From Candidatus Saccharimonadales bacterium (lineage in GTDB: Bacteria; Patescibacteriota; Saccharimonadia; Saccharimonadales; JBBQAJ01): a stretch of DNA of 64,000 nt. The notes beneath the pieces were generated by a model. It did not search any database and was not told the DNA's origin. It saw only the letters and a list, made by a program, of their open reading frames with translations. The stretch is from positions 5,199 through 69,198 of the forward strand of contig JBBQAJ010000004.1 in the NCBI GenBank assembly GCA_038316195.1, read 5' to 3'. Shown piece by piece: positions 9,243 through 17,143 of the stretch. The first letter of the stretch is position 1. Each line of letters begins with the position of its first letter. A program made the translations under genes and the position numbers.

Positions 9243-10895
9243 ATGGCAAAAAAAGTATTTTATGACGATGACGCCCGTAGGAGGGTACTTGGCGGAGCTC
9301 AAGTTTTGTACGACGCAGTTAAAACTACTATGGGTCCAAAAGGACGAAATGTAATTATTAGTAAAGGCTACGGACATCCAACAGTTACTCATGATGGCGT
9401 AACAGTTGCAAAAGGCGTCGATCTGGCTGACGTAGACGACGAAACTTTGGGCTACAAAGTTGGTGCAGAACTTATCAAACAAGCTGCAAGCAAAATGAAC
9501 GACGTTGCTGGAGACGGAACTACCACAGTTACTGTTTTGACTTACCATATCTTGAATGAAGCAAACAAACTGATTGCTGCTGGGCATAACCCAATGCTTC
9601 TACGGAAGGGTCTAGAGATGGCATCAGTTGAAGTTATTGCCAAACTTGGTGGATTAAGCGAGGACATCAAATCCAACAAAAAACGTGTGGCTGAAGTTGC
9701 TACTATTTCTGCAGGCGACAGCGAAATAGGTGATTTGATAGCTAATGTTATAGAAAAAGTTGGTAAAGACGGCGTTGTAACCGTAGAAGAAGGCCAAGGG
9801 TTGGCACTTGAGAGCGAAGTTGTCGAAGGATTTACGTTTGACAGAGGCTTTGTGAGTCCTTATATGGTCACAGATACATCACGTATGGAAGCAGTATATG
9901 ACAAACCAGCTGTGGTTATTACTGACAAAAAAATCAGCTCAATTCAAGAATTTTTACCACTTCTCGAGAAGCTTGCACAGGCTGGAAAAAAAGACTTAGT
10001 TCTTATTGCTGAAGACGTAGATGGTGAAGCACTCGGTACATTGATTCTTAACCGTTTGAAGGGCGTTTTCAACACAATCGCTATCAAGGCCCCAGCTTTT
10101 GGCGATCGTCGAAAAGATGTGCTCAATGACATTGCAATCTTGACCGGAGCTGAAGTGATAACTGATGATCGAGGAATGACATTTGAAAACGTTGAAATGG
10201 ATGTCATAGGAACTGCTCGGAAAATAATTGTCACAAAGGACGAAACTACCATTATTGAGGGCGCTGGTTCAGTAAGCGAAGTAAAAGCTCGAATAAGCCA
10301 AATCTCTACACAAGCAAAAGCTGCAACAAGTGAATATGACAAAGAAAACTTGGATAAGCGTCGAGCTGCACTTGAGGGTAAAGTTGCCGTAATCAAAGTT
10401 GGTGGTGCTACCGAAACCGAAATTGAAGAAAAGAAATTCAGAGTAGATGATGCTGTCGCTGCAGTAAAAGCAGCGTTGGACGAAGGAATTGTAGCTGGGG
10501 GTGGCGTAACGCTCATTAACCTGACGAGCACAATCACTACAACGGCGAGTGACGAAGATTCAGTAAAAGCTGGCAAAGAACTACTTAAAAAAGCTCTTGA
10601 GCAACCGTTTAGGATATTGCTTTCAAATGCAGGCCTGAATGCTGATGAATGGTTGCCTAAAGTAAAATCTGGTAAATCAGGGCAGGGAGTCGACGTAAAT
10701 AACCCTTCAAAACTCGTAGATCTTAAATCAGTTGGTGTAGTTGATCCAACTCGCGTAACCAAAGAAGCGCTTCAGAATGCAGTCAGTATAGCTGGAACAA
10801 GCATGACTATGGGAGCACTAGTAGTAGATGTTCCAGAGCCAAAATCGGCTCAAGCTGGGGGTGGTGGTATGGACCCTGGCATGATGGGAATGTAA
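9243..10895 (+). CDS. groEL: chaperonin GroEL
   Basis: 550 aa. AGDGTTTVTVL motif and a GGGGMDPGMMGM C-terminal tail. Confidence 0.97.
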   Translation: MAKKVFYDDDARRRVLGGAQVLYDAVKTTMGPKGRNVIISKGYGHPTVTHDGVTVAKGVDLADVDDETLGYKVGAELIKQAASKMNDVAGDGTTTVTVLTYHILNEANKLIAAGHNPMLLRKGLEMASVEVIAKLGGLSEDIKSNKKRVAEVATISAGDSEIGDLIANVIEKVGKDGVVTVEEGQGLALESEVVEGFTFDRGFVSPYMVTDTSRMEAVYDKPAVVITDKKISSIQEFLPLLEKLAQAGKKDLVLIAEDVDGEALGTLILNRLKGVFNTIAIKAPAFGDRRKDVLNDIAILTGAEVITDDRGMTFENVEMDVIGTARKIIVTKDETTIIEGAGSVSEVKARISQISTQAKAATSEYDKENLDKRRAALEGKVAVIKVGGATETEIEEKKFRVDDAVAAVKAALDEGIVAGGGVTLINLTSTITTTASDEDSVKAGKELLKKALEQPFRILLSNAGLNADEWLPKVKSGKSGQGVDVNNPSKLVDLKSVGVVDPTRVTKEALQNAVSIAGTSMTMGALVVDVPEPKSAQAGGGGMDPGMMGM

Positions 10896-11042
10896 AAACT
10901 CATATCTGATTTCGTCCTACCCTAAAAAAATAGACAATCACAGTAGTTAAATCTAAGCATTAACTCTTTGAAAGATTATTGATTAAGTTGCATAATATGT
11001 TTGTTTGTACTATGGTATATGTATATATGGAGTATCTGACAG

Positions 11043-11567
11043 ATGGCATTTTTTAATCGCAACAAAACAAATCAGGCAGGTATGGCACCGGAAGTGCGTG
11101 ATTATTATCAGGCTGAAGGTCGCGAACGAACATGGATTGCTTGGCTAATGGCTTTTGCAACTTTGCTTGTAACAATATTTGTAGTACTTGGATTATTTTA
11201 TGGAGGACGTTGGGTTTTTCGTAAATTCAAAAATAATAAATCAACGCCAGTTGCTGTACAAACAGAATCGCCAAAAGCTGATGAAAATAAACCAAAAGAC
11301 AAAAGTACTTCAAACACAACACAAAACTCTAATGAGCCTGCAACAACCCCAAACTCAAGTTCATCTTCAACAACCCAAACAACCCCAAACTCAAGTTCAT
11401 CTTCAACACCCTCAACTACTACGCCTCTACCAACAGATACAACTACTGCAAGTAGTTCTAATTCAAAAGATTTACCAAATACTGGCCCTGGTGATATATT
11501 TGCAGTTTTCGCAGTTGTGTCAGTTTTGGGATATCTAGCCCATCGTCGATATCTGGGAAATATCTAA
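11043..11567 (+). CDS. S/T/P-rich cell-surface protein with LPXTG-type sorting signal
   Basis: N-terminal TM segment and a low-complexity S/T/P/N region. The C-terminus has LPNTG, a hydrophobic stretch and a basic HRRY tail. Confidence 0.7.
   Translation: MAFFNRNKTNQAGMAPEVRDYYQAEGRERTWIAWLMAFATLLVTIFVVLGLFYGGRWVFRKFKNNKSTPVAVQTESPKADENKPKDKSTSNTTQNSNEPATTPNSSSSSTTQTTPNSSSSSTPSTTTPLPTDTTTASSSNSKDLPNTGPGDIFAVFAVVSVLGYLAHRRYLGNI
11345..11408 (+). repeat. 36-bp-period tandem duplication inside the LPXTG gene
   Basis: A 28-nt perfect direct repeat, aaccccaaactcaagttcatcttcaaca, occurs at 11345-11372 and 11381-11408. It encodes TTPNSSSSST twice. Confidence 0.85.
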
Positions 11568-11580
11568 TTTCTGTTAAGAT

Positions 11581-12144
11581 CTAACTGTTATTTGAGCGCT
11601 GAGTAAAGTAATTAATCTCATTTATAACGTCTAATAGAGCCTGAGCTCGAGCTTTGTCGTCTGTTATTTTTTGGGCCGCTTCAAATGCGGACTTTATTAG
11701 TGACTTGTCGTCGCTAGCTTGAATCATCATCATAGTTGTTCTAAATTTTTCTTCTGGTGTCTGCTCTAAGTGGCTAACAAGTGGACTTAGTTGTTGGAGT
11801 GCTTGTTGTTTAAGACCAATCAAATCATCTGAAGAATCACTTTCAATATCGGCAATAATTGGCGTGCTGTCGTCAGCCATAGGTTGTGTTTGCAAATCAA
11901 GAGGTGCTAAATCTGGAGTATGTTCGGGTAAAACTGGCTCAGTTGTTGTCGATAATCCTCCGGGATTAGGATTATCAGTCGAATCTGGGACTTCCGGTGC
12001 ACCGGTCGCAGACCCAAAAACTGAATTTACTGCACTAGCTGATGGAGAAATAGGGCCATTTATAGGGTCCGGCATAGCTGCACCTAGCGCTCCACTGCCG
12101 TCGATTGCTGGTTTTTGTAAATCGTTATCGTCACTGCCAAACAT
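11581..12144 (-). CDS. hypothetical acidic protein
   Basis: 187-aa ORF with GGGGGTGG SD upstream. The N-terminal half is P/S/D-rich and looks disordered. The C-terminal part is helical. Confidence 0.5.
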   Translation of the reverse strand: MFGSDDNDLQKPAIDGSGALGAAMPDPINGPISPSASAVNSVFGSATGAPEVPDSTDNPNPGGLSTTTEPVLPEHTPDLAPLDLQTQPMADDSTPIIADIESDSSDDLIGLKQQALQQLSPLVSHLEQTPEEKFRTTMMMIQASDDKSLIKSAFEAAQKITDDKARAQALLDVINEINYFTQRSNNS

Positions 12145-12222
12145 AAATCCACCCCCTTATATGTAATTCCTATATAGTATATATATGAAGTATAAAGCAT
12201 AATCAAATTGGGAGGCAATAAT

Positions 12223-13254
12223 TTGTTAGATGATTTAAAATATATTCACGAAAAAGACGTCCAGGATGCACTTGGAGTTGTAGAAAAACAGTGGCAACAG
12301 TTGGTATATTCATTTAATGTTTCTTTTGAACCTAAGTCAGAAATTAGAAATATTGTATTAGGTGGAATGGGTGGCTCGGGATGGCCAGCACTTTATGTTA
12401 AAACTTGGCCAAGCGTAAAAGTTCCTTTTGAGATAGTTAATAATTACAGTATTCCGGGTTACGTAGATGAGCATACTTTGTTTATTGCTTCGAGCTACTC
12501 CGGGAATACAGAAGAAACTCTTTCTGCTTTATCTGAAGCCGAAAAAAAAGGTGCTCAGATAGTTATATTTACAGCTGGAGGTAAACTAGAAAAATTAGCT
12601 AAAGATAAGAATCTTCCAATCTTCCTAATTCCACAAGGTACACAGCCCAGAATGTCATCTTTTTATTTCATCGCTGCATTTTTAGAATTATTTATTCCAC
12701 TTGGTCTTGTAGACACATCTAGTAAAGATGAGACCAAAATGGTTTCAAAATGGTTAAGTGAACAAATTGAAATTTGGCGCCCAACGACGCCCATAAAGGA
12801 TAATCCAGCCAAACAACTTGCCCTAGAAATAATGGGTAAAACACCAATTATTTATAGTGGTCCTTTACTTGCACCAGTAGCCAATAAAATGAAAATTTGC
12901 ATGAACGAAAATGCGAAAAATTTAGCTTGGTGGAATCAATATCCAGAATTCAATCACAATGAATTTATTGGTTGGTCTAGTCATCCAACAAATAAACCAT
13001 TTGTAGTCATAGAAATTCAAAGCAACCTAGAACACGAGCGAGTTCAAAAAAGATTTAAAGTTAGTGAGCGGATGTTGTCTGGCATGCGCCCAGCACCTCA
13101 TGTGATTGAACCTCAAGGGGATTCGTTGGCCCAGCAAATATTCTGGGCAAGTATGTTTGGTGATTTTGTAAGTTTGTACTTAGCTCTGCTAAATGGACTC
13201 AATCCAACGCCAGTAGACTTGGTTGAAAAGTTCAAACAAGCTCTGGACGAATAA
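12223..13254 (+). CDS. bifunctional phosphoglucose/phosphomannose isomerase family (SIS domain)
   Basis: SIS-type GGMGGSG and SSYSGNTEET motifs, and a C-terminal domain typical of the PGI/PMI family. TTG 12223 is preferred because GGAGG lies at 12211-12215. The ORF track uses TTG 12208. Confidence 0.75.
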   Translation: MLDDLKYIHEKDVQDALGVVEKQWQQLVYSFNVSFEPKSEIRNIVLGGMGGSGWPALYVKTWPSVKVPFEIVNNYSIPGYVDEHTLFIASSYSGNTEETLSALSEAEKKGAQIVIFTAGGKLEKLAKDKNLPIFLIPQGTQPRMSSFYFIAAFLELFIPLGLVDTSSKDETKMVSKWLSEQIEIWRPTTPIKDNPAKQLALEIMGKTPIIYSGPLLAPVANKMKICMNENAKNLAWWNQYPEFNHNEFIGWSSHPTNKPFVVIEIQSNLEHERVQKRFKVSERMLSGMRPAPHVIEPQGDSLAQQIFWASMFGDFVSLYLALLNGLNPTPVDLVEKFKQALDE

Positions 13255-13260
13255 AAATTG

Positions 13261-13782
13261 TTAGATTGGTTTATCTTTTAGGTTTAACAAGTAGGCTAAG
13301 TATGAAACCACTAAGTGTAGTCCAAAATATATAACAAAAATGGTAATAATAACCCACAGTGGTAATTCTACGAAAGGTAATATTAGAATCAGTCCACCAA
13401 AAATATAGTCGGTTTGGTCAAAAGGGAACCAACTCTGGCCTGGTACGATATCTCTCTGTCGTTTGAAGAAACTTTCTACGGCATCTCCAAGCAGAGCTCC
13501 AAATCCTAACAAACAGCCTACCCAAAATGGTTCAAGCGTCACTACTGTGTTTACATTTAATTTGCTAACAATTAGTGAAGTAAGCCCACCCATTAGCGTT
13601 CCGAATATAATTCCACGAACTCGCTTATTGTCACCCAAAATTCTTTTTCCATGCCACTTTTTACCAAAATCAATCGGCGTATTCCAATCTTTAATTATCG
13701 GCAGCTTATTTGCTAAAACCGGACTCATGTTTGCTACACCAGCTGGTAGAAAAAATAACATTGCCGCTATGTAGTCGTTCAT
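13261..13782 (-). CDS. CarS-like (DUF46) CDP-alcohol/CDP-archaeol synthase family cytidylyltransferase
   Basis: 173-aa polytopic protein with LPAGVANMSPVL, PIDFGKKWHGKRILGDNKRVRG, GDAVESFFKRQ and PFDQTDY. These match the CarS family pattern as I recall it. Its start overlaps the upstream gene by 4 nt. Confidence 0.75.
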   Translation of the reverse strand: MNDYIAAMLFFLPAGVANMSPVLANKLPIIKDWNTPIDFGKKWHGKRILGDNKRVRGIIFGTLMGGLTSLIVSKLNVNTVVTLEPFWVGCLLGFGALLGDAVESFFKRQRDIVPGQSWFPFDQTDYIFGGLILILPFVELPLWVIITIFVIYFGLHLVVSYLAYLLNLKDKPI

Positions 13783-14429
13783 TTTTTAGTGAGCCTTTTT
13801 CGGATTTTGTGATATTTGGGATATAGCAGTGAACGTACTCCAGGTCGACTTGTTACAGGTGTTCCAGATGCAATTATTTGAATCAGGTCATCACGTATGG
13901 GCAATTTTTTTACACGAGTGTAAGTTTTGCCGAGACCTTTTATACCGTGAGCATCACTGCTGGCTACTCCAATTTTATGATTTAACTTTGCCCATATCAC
14001 AGTTTGAGCGCCATGGTTTTGCAAAAATGCACGACCGTTACATACTTCCACAATGTCCAAATAATCGATGAGTTCTTCCATTGTACTTGGATGTAGTCCT
14101 TTTCGAACACTTTCAAATGGGTGTGGAATATAAACCAAGCCCCTCTGGTCTTTAATTTGCCTAATTGTTTCGAGAGGACTGTGTCCAGGTCGAATTTTGT
14201 GTGTTAAATAAAGCCCGATTATCTCACCACCAGTTGTCATGATTTCTTCACCAACAATTATTCTGTCTCCAAGCATTTTCTGCAATCCTACAGCAAAATC
14301 TATGGTGTTATGATCTGTTACAGCAATCACGTCCAAAACATTTAAACTTAAAATTTGGGAATACTGATCAGCTGTTATTCCTCCGTCATGCGAGGCTATT
14401 GAATGAGTGTGGAGGTCTATTTTATACAT
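13779..14429 (-). CDS. PHP-domain metal-dependent phosphoesterase
   Basis: N-terminal IDLHTHSIASHDG, and later TDHN and SDAHG His/Asp motifs of the PHP fold. It overlaps both neighbours. Confidence 0.8.
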   Translation of the reverse strand: MYKIDLHTHSIASHDGGITADQYSQILSLNVLDVIAVTDHNTIDFAVGLQKMLGDRIIVGEEIMTTGGEIIGLYLTHKIRPGHSPLETIRQIKDQRGLVYIPHPFESVRKGLHPSTMEELIDYLDIVEVCNGRAFLQNHGAQTVIWAKLNHKIGVASSDAHGIKGLGKTYTRVKKLPIRDDLIQIIASGTPVTSRPGVRSLLYPKYHKIRKRLTKK

Positions 14430-15054
14430 TTTTCAGTTTACTCACAATATTCAAAAACCTTTGAAACACAGTTAATGACCCAAATACCAATATTATGCTT
14501 AAAACTACAACTAATTTGTCAAAAAGTAGCCCAATCACAAGCAAAAACATTCGAACCTCAAACCCAAGTAAACCACTGCGAAAAGTCTGATTTATTACAT
14601 GTTTTTTGCTACGAGAATAGTGCGCCAATACAACTTCACCCCAAGCATTCAAATAAGTTGTAAGTAGAGAAACACCAAGCGCTCCAACTAATATAAAGAT
14701 GGCTATTCGCGTATGAGTAATTTCTAAAAGATAAAAAACAATCCCACAATACAGAATTATTTCTTTCATCCTGTCAGTGGCGGAGTCAATAAACATACCT
14801 GTTGCAGAAGTTTTGTTCTGTAAACGTGCAAGTTCACCGTCAAGAGTGTCAAATAGCCCAAAAAATATCAAAAAGATACCCCCTACAAGTAGTTGCCCAG
14901 TTGCAATTAAAAAAGCAATTGGTATATGTGCCATTAGTCCAAAGTAAGTTACAAAGTTAGGAGAAATCCTTCCACCAGACACGCTATTCAATGCTTTTGC
15001 AACATAACGCATGTATTGCCTGACACCTCCCTTGATGGATATATCCAAACTCAT
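14422..15054 (-). CDS. CDP-alcohol phosphatidyltransferase
   Basis: Signature DTLDGELARL...GMFIDSATDRMKE (D-G-x2-A-R...D-x3-D) in a multi-TM protein. ATG 15054 is preferred because TATAAT lies 7 nt upstream. The ORF track start is 15063. Confidence 0.85.
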   Translation of the reverse strand: MSLDISIKGGVRQYMRYVAKALNSVSGGRISPNFVTYFGLMAHIPIAFLIATGQLLVGGIFLIFFGLFDTLDGELARLQNKTSATGMFIDSATDRMKEIILYCGIVFYLLEITHTRIAIFILVGALGVSLLTTYLNAWGEVVLAHYSRSKKHVINQTFRSGLLGFEVRMFLLVIGLLFDKLVVVLSIILVFGSLTVFQRFLNIVSKLKNV

Positions 15055-15184
15055 TGGACACATTATACCCTATATCTGTTATGCAACATCCGTGCTGTGA
15101 ATGTTAACTAATTATTTATTTTTATATTGTTCAAAATTCTAACTTTTGTCTGGTACTATAAGTTCATTACAAATTAATTCCTTG

Positions 15185-15296
15185 GGTGGCGTGTAATTCG
15201 CCAATCGGACGTATAGCCGTCGATCCACCAACGCGTGGAATGATCATGTGAAAATCATGAGCCGACCGTATAGTCGGGATCTCGATAATTCGAGAT
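15185..15296 (+). promoter_or_regulatory. GC-rich multi-hairpin 5' leader of the EamA transporter gene (class unknown)
   Basis: GGTGG 15185-89 can pair with CCACC 15225-29. Hairpins: 15204-15224, 15244-15260, 15262-15277 and 15279-15296. Two loops share CGTATAG. The region is clearly more GC-rich than other intergenic DNA here. Confidence 0.3.
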
Positions 15297-15326
15297 GTTG
15301 CAAATGCAGCAGAAAGGGGAACCAGT

Positions 15327-16268
15327 ATGAAATATATTAAATATGGCTCGGTAGCCGTAGTTTTGGCTGCGCTTTTGTGGAGCTTGGACGGTCTACTACG
15401 GAGGCAACTATATAGTTTGCCTGCACCAGTTATAGTTTTTTGGGAGCATGTTTTTGGGTTCGTAGTTTTATTACCATTCATTATTTCATCACTTAAAGCT
15501 TTTAAAAAACTCACCCAAAAGCAATGGACAGCTATCATTGGCGTGTCTTTTCTGTCTGGGGCAGTGGGCACAATTCTATACACAGCAGCGCTTGGAAGGA
15601 TACAGTTCATTCCATTTTCAGTAGTTGTGTTATTGCAGCAACTTAATCCAATTTTTGCTATTTCTGCCTCTGCTATTTTACTTCGTGAACCCCTTGGTAA
15701 ACGGTTTTTCGGTTTATCAGCAGTTGCTTTAGTCGCTGGGTATTTTGTATCTTTTCCTAACCTCAGTGTAAATTTTTCTACGGGCTCGGGAACATTTATA
15801 GCGGCTTTATTTGCTGTTGGTGCTGCGTTTTGCTGGGGTACCTCAACAGCATTTTCAAAATATGCTCTTAAAGACACTTCCGCAATGCACATAACAGCAC
15901 TTAGGTTTGGCTTCACTCCCATTTTTGCATTGATATTTGTATTTTTGTCAGGAAGTACTCGTGCGCTGGGAAGTCTTAGTTTTGTTCAGTTCAAATACAT
16001 CGTGGCAATTACATTTTCTACTGGGCTAGTGGCGCTAATTATTTACTACTTTGGCTTGAAGCGTGTTTTGGCATCTAGGGCTGCAATATTAGAGCTTGCT
16101 TGGCCGCTTTCGGCAGTTATTGTAGGCTATGTTTTCCTAAAAGAAGGACTTACTGTTACGCAAGGTTTGGGGGCGATCGTAATGACTTGGGCAATTTATA
16201 CAATTGCCAAAGATGCAAAACCTAATGCTACTACTAGTAAGACAAAACTCAGCAGAGCCACTACTTAA
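15327..16268 (+). CDS. EamA/DMT-family transporter
   Basis: 313 aa with about 10 TM segments in two EamA-like halves. AAAGGGGA SD upstream. Confidence 0.85.
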   Translation: MKYIKYGSVAVVLAALLWSLDGLLRRQLYSLPAPVIVFWEHVFGFVVLLPFIISSLKAFKKLTQKQWTAIIGVSFLSGAVGTILYTAALGRIQFIPFSVVVLLQQLNPIFAISASAILLREPLGKRFFGLSAVALVAGYFVSFPNLSVNFSTGSGTFIAALFAVGAAFCWGTSTAFSKYALKDTSAMHITALRFGFTPIFALIFVFLSGSTRALGSLSFVQFKYIVAITFSTGLVALIIYYFGLKRVLASRAAILELAWPLSAVIVGYVFLKEGLTVTQGLGAIVMTWAIYTIAKDAKPNATTSKTKLSRATT

Positions 16269-16297
16269 ATTAGCTAAGTTGCTATAATAGATTTACG

Positions 16298-16972
16298 ATG
16301 ATGGCTAAGACCCCTATGTGGAGTGTTGTCAGGGTAATAATATTATCAAACTTTGTTAGTGTTGTGCTTTTTGGGTTGAGATTTATAGGTACAGACAAAA
16401 CGCAATATTGGTTCATGATTTGGAACCTAGTGTTGGCATGGGTTCCTGTTTTTTTAGCTTTAGTTTTAGTCAAAACACTAAAAAAATATAGTTGGAAAGA
16501 ACCGTTGCCAATGCTTCTGACACTGCTTTGGGTTGGTTTTTTGCCAAATAGCTTCTATCTTATGACTGATTTGATTCATTTAAAAAGTACTGGCGATATT
16601 GGGATACTTTTTGATGTGGTATTTTTCTTGTCATTTATTTGGAACGGGCTACTGGCAGGGTTAATAAGTTTAATTTTGGTTCACAGACAATTAATCAAGC
16701 GTCGTGGCACAAATTTTGCTGGGTTTGTGGTTGGAATTTTAATATTTCTAAATAGTTTTGCGTTATATCTTGGTAGAAGTTTACGATGGAATACCTGGGA
16801 TCTTTTGGTTAGCCCAACTGGATTACTATTTGACATATCAGAACGCATTTTAAACCCTCTTTTGTACCCACAATCGATAATAACCACTCTAACTTTTTTT
16901 GTTCTAATAGGAAGCATTTATGCCGTAATTTGGAACTTCGCACAAATTTTTACTAAAAAAGTTTATAAATAG
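16298..16972 (+). CDS. integral membrane protein, DUF1361-like
   Basis: WNLVLAWVPVFLA and LPNSFYLMTDLIHL motifs resemble DUF1361. About 6 TM segments. Confidence 0.55.
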   Translation: MMAKTPMWSVVRVIILSNFVSVVLFGLRFIGTDKTQYWFMIWNLVLAWVPVFLALVLVKTLKKYSWKEPLPMLLTLLWVGFLPNSFYLMTDLIHLKSTGDIGILFDVVFFLSFIWNGLLAGLISLILVHRQLIKRRGTNFAGFVVGILIFLNSFALYLGRSLRWNTWDLLVSPTGLLFDISERILNPLLYPQSIITTLTFFVLIGSIYAVIWNFAQIFTKKVYK

Positions 16973-16974
16973 CA

Positions 16975-17002
16975 TTGACAAGATCCATTATTCTTCTACA
17001 AT
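16975..17002 (+). promoter_or_regulatory. promoter TTGACA-N16-TACAAT
   Basis: TTGACA 16975-16980 and TACAAT 16997-17002, immediately after the stop of the upstream gene. Confidence 0.5.
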
Positions 17003-17012
17003 ATTTATATTC

Positions 17013-17063
17013 ATGAAGCTATTTGAGTTTACAGTTTTAGCACCCCGTCGAAGCCCAAACTAA
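17013..17063 (+). CDS. candidate 16-aa leader peptide MKLFEFTVLAPRRSPN
   Basis: ATG lies 10 nt after the -10 box. Tandem Arg codons CGT CGA are at 17046-17051. The ORF overlaps the 5' arm of the first leader hairpin. Confidence 0.3.
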   Translation: MKLFEFTVLAPRRSPN

Positions 17064-17101
17064 GGGACGGTGCTTGTATACTTCAAAAACAGCCTCACGC
17101 C

Positions 17102-17128
17102 AGTCCCCACTAATAGAGGGGGCTTTTT
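17102..17128 (+). terminator. intrinsic terminator / attenuator 16 nt upstream of the GNAT start
   Basis: Stem AGTCCCC (17102-08) pairs with GGGGGCT (17118-24), with a 9-nt loop, followed by a T run to 17128. Confidence 0.55.
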
Positions 17129-17143
17129 AATAAAGGAAATATT

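Noticed and set aside
9944-10762. Long antisense ORFs nested in strong genes: 272 aa opposite groEL, plus 7309-8058 opposite the murE-like gene, 15167-15922 opposite the EamA gene, 31128-31715 opposite rpoD and 50953-51438 opposite pnp.
   Set aside because: Each lies entirely antisense within a confidently identified gene. They have S/T/A/F-rich low-complexity translations, no start context (neither SD nor -10 box) and no recognisable motifs. These are typical shadow ORFs.
11188-11538. Alternative-frame 116-aa ORF inside the LPXTG protein gene.
   Set aside because: It is a Q/L/H-rich translation of the same repeat DNA. The other frame has a TM start, an LPNTG sorting signal and a proper C-terminal anchor.
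17054-17066. Resemblance of CCCAAACUAAGGG to the preQ1-I riboswitch tail (AAAAAACUAAGG).
   Set aside because: The segment sits in the loop of a larger hairpin rather than 3' of a short P1 stem. The spacing does not fit the 34-nt aptamer, and the downstream gene is a GNAT, not a queuosine gene. The attenuator model explains the structure better.
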